A stretch of DNA of 30,722 bases from a virus (Duplodnaviria > Caudoviricetes): IMG/VR virus record IMGVR_UViG_3300046779_001025, positions 1 through 30,722 of that record. The stretch is one strand, 5' to 3'. The notes beneath the pieces were generated by a model. It made no database searches and was not told where the DNA came from. It saw only the letters and a list, made by a program, of their open reading frames with translations. Positions 8,248 through 17,837 of this stretch are shown piece after piece. A program made the position numbers and the translations under genes. The first letter of the stretch is position 1. Each line of letters opens with the position of its first letter.

Positions 8248-10683
8248 TTATCGAGGCTCAAATTCGGCTAAGTCAAAGCCATCTAAGCTATCCTCGTTTG
8301 ATTCAAAATTCATTGGTGGTAAATTGTTCTTTCTTTGATTAATCAACTTAGATTGCTCGGTGTTTTGTTGGCTAATTCTTTTTGCTTTTGCATCTTCCTT
8401 CATTTGCTCTCTTGACTTTAAGTCACCCATCTCCATATCACGTAACTGAAGGTTGTACTCAAACTCCTCACGCATTAATTGAGATTTAAGCACCGCTTCA
8501 TTGTTTGACTTCTGAATATCAAATGCAACTTCTGCTTGCTTAATCTGCATCTTAGCACGAGCTTCTAAGTCAATTTTCTGCAGTGCTGTTTGAGCAGCCA
8601 TCTGTTGAGCTTGCAATTGTTGTTGAGCAATCATGGCTTGTTTTTGCATAGCCATCTTCTCTTCACGCTCTTGCGTCTTAATACGCTTCATCTTCAATAA
8701 TTGGTTTGCAAGTTTAATATTGCGAATCTCTCGGATGTCAATTGCATCTTCAAGATTAATATCTCCCTTAGACAATGCCATCTGAATATTAGCTTCAAGC
8801 TGTGCTTTTTGCTCTTCATCAGGAGATACCTCAACAAAAATACCAAAGTCGTAAATGTAAAGGTCCTTGATGTCATTCAAGATAGATACGTTATACTTAC
8901 CTATTTGGTTAGCAAACTCGTCTTTGAAATCAGAGTACTCTAAAATATCAGCTACTCTATATGTCAAAGCCTCGGCTAATGAACGATAAATGTACAATGA
9001 ACCATCAAGGATATGTCTCGTAGCAGTATTTGAATTTAATGCTGCCAACTTCTGTAAGCCAACCAATGAGTTAGGGTCAGGAGTAGAACCATCTCTTGCT
9101 TCATTAAGACCGGTCACAGACCTAATCATATCAATGTAATGGTTCATATTGCCTATTAACATCTGTGTTTTAGCAGCACCTGAGTTAGAGGTTAACTGTG
9201 TAATAGGCACTCTTGCATTATTGAAGTCTCCATCTTGAGTAAAACTACGTCCAATAACACTACCTGTTTGGAAATACAATCTAAGTGCATCCTCAGGATT
9301 GTAAGCATTACCTGTACCTAAGTCAATTTCATTCAACCCATCGGCATCAATAAACACACCGTCAGGTACAGTACGTGCAATTACCTGTTGTAATTTTAAG
9401 TGAGTAATTTGAATCAAGTCAGCGAATGGTATCATTCTTCTGCACAACGATTCAATAACACCTTTGTACATACGTGGAGCACAAGCCACATAATTAGGCA
9501 ATGCGTGTTGAGACGCTGACTTAGGGCGAACCATATTCTCAGACATCTTCCACTGCAATAATATATTTGTTCCCATAACCATGATACCTTCGTACCATAC
9601 GTCAATGGTCTTTTCAATCTTTTCAAAGTTACCTTCCTCCATCATTTCAGCAGGAGGATTGAAGGTTTCATCTTTCTCAATAACACGAGAACCACCGCCT
9701 TCAAGTTTCTTTTTCTTATAAACAATCTTCTTGCTTGTCTTGTAATTGAAATACATCAATGTACAAGTATCTCTATAGAAGATGTCGTTTTGGTAGAATT
9801 GCTGTACGTTGTAATAGTCGTACCACGCTTGGCTGTATTGAGTTATTTCTTGCAAATCTTCTTTAGTCAAAGATTGGTCAATCTTGTATAACTCAGTTAA
9901 AGGAACAGTTTTAATCTCTCCCCAATAGAAACAATCTTTAAAGAATGGGTCTTCTGTATAGCTATATACAATATTTGCAGGGTCAACATAGCTAACTCTA
10001 ACTCCTGTTCCCTGTAAGAACTCATGCTTAGCTACACCAATCCCAATAACAGTAATATCGTAGTCAATTCTTTTTCTGATGTCATCGTAATGGTTTTCAT
10101 CAAAAATGGTATTGATTGCTTCCTCTTCAGCAATCTCAATTGCAGGCTTATAGTTAAGCTGCATATATAACGATAATTCTTCGTCAGTTTCAGGAAGCTC
10201 ATCAGGCTCCATCATAAATGTATCTACGCCTGTTTTTTCTTTAATAGTCATCAAGATGTCCTTAGACACCATCTGAGCTTCAATCATGTCCTGATACTTG
10301 CTCCTCTTAGCTTGAGACATTGCATCTTGTGCATAAGCCTTAGGCTTAAACAACCTGTCAGACATACCATTTACTACGATGTCAATAAACTTAGGAAGAA
10401 TAGGAACCGGAGTCCAATCAAGATTTAAATATGACAAATCACCATCAATAGCCAATTCGTTTTTATATTTACCAATTGGCTGCTCACCTCTTGCATATAG
10501 TCTTAGTCTCCGGAAATCTTGCCATTGACCATAGTATCTACAATTGCTCCCATCTTTTCTAAACCATTCATATTGAATAGCCTGACCCACTTGTAACCCA
10601 AATGCGTCTGTTGCTTTTTCTGCATCAGTCGCTAATTGACTTGGGAATGATGTGGTGTTTATGTTGATTGTTACATTTTTCAT
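8248..10683 (-). CDS. portal protein
   Basis: 811 aa with RLRLYARGEQ, LSYLNLDWTPVPILPKFIDIVVNG and TGLNEARDGSTP, a Q-rich coiled-coil C-terminus, and an ATGA overlap with the terminase gene. Confidence 0.9.
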   Translation of the reverse strand: MKNVTININTTSFPSQLATDAEKATDAFGLQVGQAIQYEWFRKDGSNCRYYGQWQDFRRLRLYARGEQPIGKYKNELAIDGDLSYLNLDWTPVPILPKFIDIVVNGMSDRLFKPKAYAQDAMSQAKRSKYQDMIEAQMVSKDILMTIKEKTGVDTFMMEPDELPETDEELSLYMQLNYKPAIEIAEEEAINTIFDENHYDDIRKRIDYDITVIGIGVAKHEFLQGTGVRVSYVDPANIVYSYTEDPFFKDCFYWGEIKTVPLTELYKIDQSLTKEDLQEITQYSQAWYDYYNVQQFYQNDIFYRDTCTLMYFNYKTSKKIVYKKKKLEGGGSRVIEKDETFNPPAEMMEEGNFEKIEKTIDVWYEGIMVMGTNILLQWKMSENMVRPKSASQHALPNYVACAPRMYKGVIESLCRRMIPFADLIQITHLKLQQVIARTVPDGVFIDADGLNEIDLGTGNAYNPEDALRLYFQTGSVIGRSFTQDGDFNNARVPITQLTSNSGAAKTQMLIGNMNHYIDMIRSVTGLNEARDGSTPDPNSLVGLQKLAALNSNTATRHILDGSLYIYRSLAEALTYRVADILEYSDFKDEFANQIGKYNVSILNDIKDLYIYDFGIFVEVSPDEEQKAQLEANIQMALSKGDINLEDAIDIREIRNIKLANQLLKMKRIKTQEREEKMAMQKQAMIAQQQLQAQQMAAQTALQKIDLEARAKMQIKQAEVAFDIQKSNNEAVLKSQLMREEFEYNLQLRDMEMGDLKSREQMKEDAKAKRISQQNTEQSKLINQRKNNLPPMNFESNEDSLDGFDLAEFEPR

Positions 10684-12929
10684 CTAATCAATTGACTTGT
10701 TGTTCCTTCGTTTTTATATTTAGCGAAGTTAATAATTAATTTCGATTCTTTTTTCTCAGGCATATAAAGATGCTTTTGGTTAGCCATGATGCATAATCCT
10801 GAACTAATAGAAGCGTCAAACTTTGTTCTGTCATTGATGTCGAACTTAGCCCAATCCTCAAGTGTTCTTGTGAACGGCATCGTACCCATCTCCTCAGGGT
10901 CTCTATACTTTGCCTCCAAGTCTAATCCAACAAACTTTTCAATGTACGACTCAATTGCGGAGGCGTGTGCTTGCTTAACATCTTCTGATGAGTTTGGAAT
11001 ACCTCCAAGTTCACGCTCAGTCTTTGTTAACTTAGCCATTTGCTTATCAGGTCTGTTAATTGAGAATCCTCTGTATCCTCTGTTCTTTATGTGGTATAAA
11101 AGCCTTGGTTTATTATTCTCTACTAAGATAGGCATTCCGTAGAATATACAAGCCATTAGTACTTCCTCAAAGAAGATTTCTGCCGTTTGTGGACGAGCAA
11201 TGTACTCTAAGAAAAATTGATTTACCGGAGCGTCATCCATATGAAACTTGGTCATACCGTGTAATGCTCCATTAGAACCACGTCCCCCCACTACTGCTGA
11301 AATATCATACGAGTCACAACCAAATGAACCAAGGTGCTCATTGCCGGGATACTTAATCCCATTTCTAATATGCACGTTGTTCTGCATATGTTTAGGTGGT
11401 GCCCAACTAATCAAGAATCTACCTCTTGTATCAGGCGTCCAAATTACCTCAGTATCTTTTATTCCATCCTTCCATGAGAACGAGCCACGTGTTAAGTAGT
11501 GCTCTTTAATCATGGAGTCGTTATAGTCAATCTGCTGATAAATTTTTGTAAGGTTGAATAAGGCTTGCTTACTCTCGTCACGGAATGCGTGAGACTCCGT
11601 TCTTGGGAACTGACGATAGAACTCGTTTAGTGCATCTGCATCAGTCTTTAACGAATCTACTTCCGCCTCCCAATAGTCAATGGCACCATTGGTAATCCAA
11701 TTACCATCAACACCTGCAATAGGTTCTGCAGGTTTTCTGAACACAGGGAATCCATATCTATCAATAAAGCCTTCCATGTTCCACTCCATCGGGATGAATA
11801 ATGCGTACAGACCACTCTTAGTCTGCCCGTTGGCATTACGTACTTTTACATTTGACTCCTCGTAAATATCTTTGAAGTTCTGACCTCCTTTGCTAAGTGC
11901 ATTGGACGTAGAACCCATCATACACTTGCCAATAATCTTACTACCCAATCTAAGACAAGTCTTGGTTACACGCCAATTCTCCTTAATGTTTACAGGCTTC
12001 ACCCACTTGCCACTCTCGTCATGAGCTAAGAACAATAGCTTCTCACCATCATAACTATTATCTTCTGTATTCTTCCAATCTATCGTGGTATCAAGTCCGT
12101 CAATCTCGCTATCGTCAGACTCATACATATTCTTCTTAGTAATCTTTGATGCCGGCACTCTAAACGCAAGTTCAGTCTTTGGTTTGTCCATACCATCCAT
12201 TACAGGTTTAAAAAAGAAGGGAAGTCTACTATTGATAGGCACAACTTTATCCGTAAACATCTTCTTAGCATCGGCTCCCGTCTTAGATAAGATACCTATA
12301 CGTGCATCACGTGCAAGAGTACCTATGTTGACACACTCAGATGAAGACATGAACGAGAATCCCGAACGTCTAATCTTAAGGTAGACCATCCCAAATGACC
12401 GATGGTCAGCTCTACACGCCTCCCAAAACAACCAATAGATTCTATTGGCTTCTCGGAAATCAGGATAACCAACGTCAATACTCGACCACTGCAAGTACAT
12501 ATAATGAGACCCGGTGATATAGGTTTTGACTCCGTTGTTCATAAACCAAAATCCCTGTTCTCTATAATCAAATTCTTTCTCGATGTAGTCTACCCAATTA
12601 TCTTTGAACTCTTTGGGTTTGTTGTTCCATTGAAATATGGATTGTATTTTAGCTAACTCTTTTGGAAGTTCTTGCCTCTCCCAATATTGCTCAGCTTTAT
12701 TTGAGTGTCTTTGAAGACACTTTTCAGGAGCCAAAGGAAGTGCAATACGCAATCCCTCTATCTCGTATATCTCACCTATCTGACCTGTCTTTGAAATAAC
12801 AACAACGTCATATTGTTCATTATAGCCATAAAGCCACGACCTCACTCTATTTTTGTTAGAGATGACCGCCTTGTCTATGTGTTTATCTAAGACTCGGTAT
12901 AAGATTTTATTTTGACCTTCTTTCTGCAA
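10680..12929 (-). CDS. terL: terminase large subunit
   Basis: Walker A-like LKIRRSGFS, Walker B FLAHDESGK, coupling motif MGST, and nuclease-domain motifs FGCDSYD and RTKFDA. The start codon is TTG and uncertain. Confidence 0.9.
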   Translation of the reverse strand: MQKEGQNKILYRVLDKHIDKAVISNKNRVRSWLYGYNEQYDVVVISKTGQIGEIYEIEGLRIALPLAPEKCLQRHSNKAEQYWERQELPKELAKIQSIFQWNNKPKEFKDNWVDYIEKEFDYREQGFWFMNNGVKTYITGSHYMYLQWSSIDVGYPDFREANRIYWLFWEACRADHRSFGMVYLKIRRSGFSFMSSSECVNIGTLARDARIGILSKTGADAKKMFTDKVVPINSRLPFFFKPVMDGMDKPKTELAFRVPASKITKKNMYESDDSEIDGLDTTIDWKNTEDNSYDGEKLLFLAHDESGKWVKPVNIKENWRVTKTCLRLGSKIIGKCMMGSTSNALSKGGQNFKDIYEESNVKVRNANGQTKSGLYALFIPMEWNMEGFIDRYGFPVFRKPAEPIAGVDGNWITNGAIDYWEAEVDSLKTDADALNEFYRQFPRTESHAFRDESKQALFNLTKIYQQIDYNDSMIKEHYLTRGSFSWKDGIKDTEVIWTPDTRGRFLISWAPPKHMQNNVHIRNGIKYPGNEHLGSFGCDSYDISAVVGGRGSNGALHGMTKFHMDDAPVNQFFLEYIARPQTAEIFFEEVLMACIFYGMPILVENNKPRLLYHIKNRGYRGFSINRPDKQMAKLTKTERELGGIPNSSEDVKQAHASAIESYIEKFVGLDLEAKYRDPEEMGTMPFTRTLEDWAKFDINDRTKFDASISSGLCIMANQKHLYMPEKKESKLIINFAKYKNEGTTSQLIR
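12705..12720. repeat. 16-bp inverted-repeat motif GTGTCTTTGAAGACAC, copy 2 (inside terL)
   Basis: Exact copy; it encodes part of KCLQRH. Confidence 0.9.
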
Positions 12930-13197
12930 ATCCTTGTTTTGTATCTGTTTTACTTACTCCACGCTCAGCGGAATCCAAGTTTTCTTTTTCTGCTTCTATT
13001 CGACTCAATATCTCAAAGGCGTCAAAGATTGCCAACTTCTTTGTAGCCGCTGCATTCTTAAGTCTGTCTGCGGCAAGTTCACCTTCGTCATCCCCTCCTG
13101 TCTTTACAACATTCTCTTCAGCTACTTTAATTAACTCATCAACGGCTTTATATCCTGCTGCAATAATGCGTAGTTTTATTTCCTTAGTGTCCTTCAT
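12907..13197 (-). CDS. putative terminase small subunit
   Basis: 96-aa helical protein (AVDELIKVA, ADRLKNAAATKKLAIFDAFEIL) immediately upstream of and overlapping terL. Confidence 0.6.
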   Translation of the reverse strand: MKDTKEIKLRIIAAGYKAVDELIKVAEENVVKTGGDDEGELAADRLKNAAATKKLAIFDAFEILSRIEAEKENLDSAERGVSKTDTKQGFAERRSK

Positions 13198-13673
13198 TAC
13201 TTTTCTTTTAAGAATATGACTTGAACTAATCGAGCACCAAGTGCTTCTCCAAAGTTATCAAATATATTTCTTGAATGTGCAGCATCTGAATTGAACGCTA
13301 TCATGCGATTAAACTTAGAGTACATTGTAAGAAGAGGCTTCCTGTCATCGTCATATACTGTTGTGCCATCATCTTCAGGAGCCTGTTCATTCAAGTATAA
13401 TAAACAAGTGATGTCTCCCATCATCTCATCTGTATGAATAAAGTTGGGCTCTTCTTGATTAAGTGGAGACTTTCTAACAAAGTTCAATGCTACTTTGTAG
13501 CGAGGACCGAATAGATTACTAACGTATTGGGCAAACTCATCGTTAGTGTCTCTTTGCTGAATGTTCCTGAATACGTGCTCACCATCTGCCACGTCTTGAA
13601 ACCCGTGCAAGTGTATATCTTCCACATATGATAATGGTTTTTTAATAATGTTGTCGAATGTGATTAGATTCAT
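13197..13673 (-). CDS. 2OG-Fe(II) oxygenase-superfamily protein
   Basis: HxD (IHTD), LLYLN, GT, NRMIAF, distal H (AHSR) and a C-terminal R (RLVQVIF) fit the DSBH oxygenase pattern. Confidence 0.7.
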   Translation of the reverse strand: MNLITFDNIIKKPLSYVEDIHLHGFQDVADGEHVFRNIQQRDTNDEFAQYVSNLFGPRYKVALNFVRKSPLNQEEPNFIHTDEMMGDITCLLYLNEQAPEDDGTTVYDDDRKPLLTMYSKFNRMIAFNSDAAHSRNIFDNFGEALGARLVQVIFLKEK

Positions 13674-14233
13674 AATTTTATTGTTATTTGATGGTCATAC
13701 ATCCTATATAATTTCTCCTCGTCTACCGTAAACTCATATTCGCTGTCAGGGCTAAAGCATACCATATCCCCCTCTTTGATTCCTTTTTCAGCAAGGTATT
13801 TATTGGGATACTTCATAATACCCATCAAAGGCTCTTCGCTGAATGGCTTTTTGATATAGCTATCAGTAGGAGGAATAGGCTTTACAAAACAATATCTATC
13901 ATAAGCGTTCCACGTGGAACCATGCTTATACATAAAGAATTGGTCAGGCTCAATAAAAAACAAGTCATCTCTAAAAAATGACTTACCGCTTTTTTGCCTA
14001 CCCTTCATGTCGTTGTAAAACTTAAATACGTTATGGTGCACAAGTAATATATCTCCTTTTACGATGCCTCCATCGTAATTTAATGGAAGCTCAACGACCT
14101 CTGCAAATCGATTAGAAAACTTGTGGTCCTCTTCTGAAGTGCTAACAATAAATTCAACACCTCCTATTTCTTTGGTATTATCATATCGTTTTCCATTAAA
14201 AGGTTTGGCTATAAAATAAAATGGTGACTTCAT
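13670..14233 (-). CDS. GroES-like-fold phage protein, probably two repeats
   Basis: AEVVELP..IVKGDILLVHH and FVKP..GIMKY..GIKEGDMVCF..YEFTVDEEKLYRM resemble Cpn10 barrels. Confidence 0.5.
   Translation of the reverse strand: MKSPFYFIAKPFNGKRYDNTKEIGGVEFIVSTSEEDHKFSNRFAEVVELPLNYDGGIVKGDILLVHHNVFKFYNDMKGRQKSGKSFFRDDLFFIEPDQFFMYKHGSTWNAYDRYCFVKPIPPTDSYIKKPFSEEPLMGIMKYPNKYLAEKGIKEGDMVCFSPDSEYEFTVDEEKLYRMYDHQITIKL
13906..13921. promoter_or_regulatory. parS-like palindrome (core GTTCCACGTGGAAC)
   Basis: Perfect 14-bp palindrome at 13907-13920 matching the parS core, inside a CDS. Confidence 0.6.
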
Positions 14234-14460
14234 TAAAAATTTATATTATATTCAATTGAAATAGGAATGGTGGAAGTAAACTCTTTCCAAAGCAAAATTT
14301 CAGCTTTGTCATTAATGATATATATTTTAATAGATTGTTTCTCAACATCAAATTTAATTAAATGTATTTCATTGGTATCGCCAAGAACTTTTTGCCCTAC
14401 AATATAATGCATTGCTCCTCCTTTATAATCCGGTCCTATTGATATTTTTCGTATGTCCAT
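14233..14460 (-). CDS. hypothetical protein
   Basis: 75 aa (MDIRKISIGPDYK..AMHYIVGQ), translationally coupled to the next gene by TAATG. Confidence 0.7.
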   Translation of the reverse strand: MDIRKISIGPDYKGGAMHYIVGQKVLGDTNEIHLIKFDVEKQSIKIYIINDKAEILLWKEFTSTIPISIEYNINF

Positions 14461-14680
14461 TATTATTTCTTTTATTATTTAGACCAAATTTAATCCATTT
14501 ATACCAAATACGTTCGTGAATATAATATTGAATAGGCTTATATACTAATTCTGCAATACCAAATGCAGCTCCTACTTTTATCGAGTCGCTTACTATCCAC
14601 ATTATAAAAAATCCTATTGCAGTACTTACGATTCTATAACTAATAGTTTTAGCGATATGTCTTTTCTTTTGAACTATCAT
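14423..14680 (-). CDS. DUF2061-family small membrane protein
   Basis: RHIAKTISYRIVST...ELVYKPIQYYIHERIW signature with hydrophobic segments. Confidence 0.75.
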   Translation of the reverse strand: MIVQKKRHIAKTISYRIVSTAIGFFIMWIVSDSIKVGAAFGIAELVYKPIQYYIHERIWYKWIKFGLNNKRNNNGHTKNINRTGL

Positions 14681-15054
14681 AACCCTAAATCTTTTCTTAT
14701 TTTGGTTGCAGATATTTCAGCTACTTCAGTTGGAGGAATATGTTCAATAATATCATAGCCTACACCTCTTCCAAAATTAACACTTGATATATCCGGCACC
14801 ACCATTACTGATACATTAGGATTGTCTTTGTACTCATTTTTAATTGTATTTAATACTTCACTTACAGGAAAAGGATTTTTTTCATCGGGTTCTACATCTC
14901 TTATTGCAATTAAAACTCTTCCCCCATCATCCAATACTTGCTGAAACATCTGTCTGTGTGCTTCATGTATTGGTTGCCAACGACCTATAAATAAAGACCA
15001 TTGATTGTTTTTACGTTGCATTGAACTTGCAACGTGTACTTTTTTACTCCACAT
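14677..15054 (-). CDS. HIGH-superfamily (cytidylyltransferase-like) nucleotidyltransferase
   Basis: FIGRWQPIHEAH (HxxH motif), NPF, and ISATKIR (KMSKS-equivalent). Confidence 0.8.
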   Translation of the reverse strand: MWSKKVHVASSMQRKNNQWSLFIGRWQPIHEAHRQMFQQVLDDGGRVLIAIRDVEPDEKNPFPVSEVLNTIKNEYKDNPNVSVMVVPDISSVNFGRGVGYDIIEHIPPTEVAEISATKIRKDLGL

Positions 15055-15460
15055 ATAATTTGATTTGATTTAAGCATTCTTCTACATTTAAATTGTCCGT
15101 ATTAAGTTGTAAAAATGTTTCTGACTTAGGTTCTTCAAAGTCACTTACATGAAATTTCTCCCTGCCCCTTGGATTTGTATATGTAAGATAAACCCATTTT
15201 ACATCAGTGGTAAGACTATTTAAATAGTCTCTTGCTTCTTTGTATGGATACACCAATGATAAAACTACAGGCTTTCCTGTGCTATTTATATAATGAGCAA
15301 TATCACTTGCCCTGTTTAAGTTTCTAATCCGACCTTCTTTACTATAATCTTTATTGGCAAATAATTCTCTTAGCTTATCTCCATCTATATTATGAGCCAC
15401 AATTTTATTAGCTAAAGTACTTTTACCACTATGCGGCTGTCCAAATAATACTATTATCAT
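15044..15460 (-). CDS. cysC: adenylylsulfate (APS) kinase-like protein
   Basis: P-loop GQPHSGKST, IDGDKLR, DYSKEGRIRNL, SLVYPY..AR and FEEP motifs of the CysC family; short at 138 aa. Confidence 0.8.
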   Translation of the reverse strand: MIIVLFGQPHSGKSTLANKIVAHNIDGDKLRELFANKDYSKEGRIRNLNRASDIAHYINSTGKPVVLSLVYPYKEARDYLNSLTTDVKWVYLTYTNPRGREKFHVSDFEEPKSETFLQLNTDNLNVEECLNQIKLYVE

Positions 15461-16278
15461 TTTGTATATCTGAATTGTTCAAAGAACCATTTATAATTAT
15501 TGAAAATCCAATCTGTCACATCTTTTCCTAACAACTCTTTCGCTTTGCTTCTTACAGGTTCAAGTTTAGTTCTGATAACATGGTCTCCAAATGCACCATA
15601 CACTTCATCATCTTCTTTAGTTACTTGCTTAATATTATCAAAATCATGATTAAAATATGGTATTTCAAGATATTGATATATTCTTTGCATTTCTGTATCA
15701 GGATAAAGACACAGGTCTTCAAATCTTACAAATAACATTTTATTTGATACCCCTGTTCTAAATATTTCTGATAATCTTTCTAATGCCATTCCCACCGGTG
15801 GATTTTGAGCCCATATATCAACACGTTTAGGGACTGTTGTCCCTTGACCTTTAGCCCAATCTAAAATATCAGATTGCTTCTCAGGATGTTTCCTAAAGTT
15901 ATTTTCCATAGATGCAAAAATATCTCTCAAGTCTCTAACCATGCAAATGATTTTGGGCTCTTCTGCTTGTACAAACTTTAAAAAATCATAATGAATACCC
16001 CATCCTCGAGATTTATCTACAACATACTTTTTATCAGTAATGGCATTGTAAAAGGCATCCATACCTGCTTTTGCAAATGCTTGCCAACCTGTTTTCATGA
16101 GTTCCGCATCCTGTGCTTTAAATTCAGGACTGCTTGTATAATTAGTACGTGCCCCAAATATAAGTTCTAATACACCTGATGTAGGAGTAGCATATATGTC
16201 AGGATTTTGTGCTAATATATTTTGCAATAAAGTTGACCCTGCTCTTGGCAAAGAACTTTGGTAGAATATTTTGTCCAT
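15457..16278 (-). CDS. PAPS-dependent sulfotransferase
   Basis: 5'-PSB motif SLPRAGSTLLQNIL, VDKSR, 3'-PB motif MVRDLRDIFAS, and VRFEDL. The likely start is MDKIF at 16278. Confidence 0.85.
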   Translation of the reverse strand: MDKIFYQSSLPRAGSTLLQNILAQNPDIYATPTSGVLELIFGARTNYTSSPEFKAQDAELMKTGWQAFAKAGMDAFYNAITDKKYVVDKSRGWGIHYDFLKFVQAEEPKIICMVRDLRDIFASMENNFRKHPEKQSDILDWAKGQGTTVPKRVDIWAQNPPVGMALERLSEIFRTGVSNKMLFVRFEDLCLYPDTEMQRIYQYLEIPYFNHDFDNIKQVTKEDDEVYGAFGDHVIRTKLEPVRSKAKELLGKDVTDWIFNNYKWFFEQFRYTK

Positions 16279-16279
16279 A

Positions 16280-17155
16280 TTATTTTTTAAGAGATTCAAT
16301 GATTTTATGTACATCAAATATTTCATCCTCATTATTATAAGGAAACTCCAAAATATTACCTGAAATATCATATTTCTGTAAATATGAATTTCTTAATTCG
16401 GGGTTTTTAGTTTGAAAATTTGCTAAAATATTATCATGTAAATCATGACCAAAGACAATAGGCGTGTTAGCTACCCAACATACAGTACTTGGTTTATTAA
16501 GAGCTGCAGCAGCGTGCTGTACAAAACTATCCATTAATAATCTTTTATCGCTTAACTCTATTAATACTGCTAATGACCTAAAATTATCTGTAACAGTAAA
16601 TGTATCATCATATTGAGTTTGGTCTTCTCTTCTAATATGAACTATATTGTATTTATCTTTAAACTCTTTTATTACTTCTTTAACAACATTTGCAGGAATA
16701 TCTCTAGCCCAAGAGTATTTTAATTCTTGTTGAGCTGCACCTCCATTAGTTTGTAATAATAAAATAGGTTTTTCTGATTCAAACTTTTTAGAGAAAAAAC
16801 CCTTTTCTCTATTTGTAATAAATAATTCAGGATTTGTTGATTCAGGTTTTTCAATTCCAAACATATTACACCACGTGTGTACTAAATGTTCTGATTGAGA
16901 TAAATGACCTGTTTCAATATAAGGGTCGTGTCCAAAAAACTTAAATTCTTTATTTTCAATGTAATCTTGATAAAAGTAACGAGTTTCCCCAAAAGCAAAT
17001 GACCTATTCACATGGGGATTATTTAAAAAAACTTCAGGATAACCACTAATTACTATTAATTGAGAATCAGGATATTGTTTTTTGATTTGCTTACATACTG
17101 TCGTAGACATTATGGCTTTCCCAATACCCCCATTAATTTGGAATATTATATTCAT
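16280..17155 (-). CDS. glycosyltransferase, GT9/heptosyltransferase-like GT-B fold
   Basis: GGIGKAIMST..IKKQYPDSQL, NNPHV and MDSFVQHAAAALNKP (the DSxxxHxAAA motif). Confidence 0.75.
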   Translation of the reverse strand: MNIIFQINGGIGKAIMSTTVCKQIKKQYPDSQLIVISGYPEVFLNNPHVNRSFAFGETRYFYQDYIENKEFKFFGHDPYIETGHLSQSEHLVHTWCNMFGIEKPESTNPELFITNREKGFFSKKFESEKPILLLQTNGGAAQQELKYSWARDIPANVVKEVIKEFKDKYNIVHIRREDQTQYDDTFTVTDNFRSLAVLIELSDKRLLMDSFVQHAAAALNKPSTVCWVANTPIVFGHDLHDNILANFQTKNPELRNSYLQKYDISGNILEFPYNNEDEIFDVHKIIESLKK

Positions 17156-17204
17156 ATTAGATTATATTAGATTCGATTAGATTTAATTATTAATAAAAAT
17201 TCTG

Positions 17205-17528
17205 TTATTCTTCAGGAGGTGGATATAAAAATACGGCTTGAGCAAGGTCATCTAATAATGATTGGTTTAAATTATCAAACTCTACTCTAAACGGCTCATT
17301 TTCAATATTATTTGGAACCCAATCAGAAAACAATGTATTAAATATATTAATGGAACGATAAGTCTTTGCTCCTGTGTAATCTTCAGGTTTCCCTGCCCAT
17401 ACATTGTCTATTACAGCTTCTACCTGTGCCTGCACATCTGCAATCGCTACCTGTACGTTTTGTGTATCAGAAATTACTTGCACTGTATCAAGTCCAAAAA
17501 TATGAATTGTATGCCAAGGATTAACCAT
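17205..17528 (-). CDS. hypothetical acidic protein
   Basis: 107-aa ORF co-oriented in the cassette, with an AT-rich leader. Confidence 0.6.
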   Translation of the reverse strand: MVNPWHTIHIFGLDTVQVISDTQNVQVAIADVQAQVEAVIDNVWAGKPEDYTGAKTYRSINIFNTLFSDWVPNNIENEPFRVEFDNLNQSLLDDLAQAVFLYPPPEE

Positions 17529-17591
17529 TATTGTTATTTTAAAATTAAAATTAATTAATTTATTTAATATAAAAAAAATACATTTTCTGCT

Positions 17592-17837
17592 TTATTTCAA
17601 ACAGTTAATTATACCAATAATACCTACTATTAACCAAAAAGTATTCATCAACATATAAGGCTTATTCTTTCGTTTGCACGAACAATATAGCAAAATCATT
17701 GCATCTATAGAATTTATTATCCATATTAATAAAAATGGAGAATCTTTTCCCATTACAGATAATATTGTAAATGAAAGAATCCTTGTAAATACACCTATAA
17801 ATTCTATAAGATTTATATTATTTAAAATTTCCTTCAT
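17592..17837 (-). CDS. small membrane protein (about 3 TM)
   Basis: 81-aa hydrophobic ORF overlapping the end of the halogenase gene. Confidence 0.55.
   Translation of the reverse strand: MKEILNNINLIEFIGVFTRILSFTILSVMGKDSPFLLIWIINSIDAMILLYCSCKRKNKPYMLMNTFWLIVGIIGIINCLK

Noticed and set aside
10680-12929. Intron or intein in terminase, portal or capsid genes
   Set aside because: The ORFs are continuous, with no homing endonuclease or intein motifs seen.
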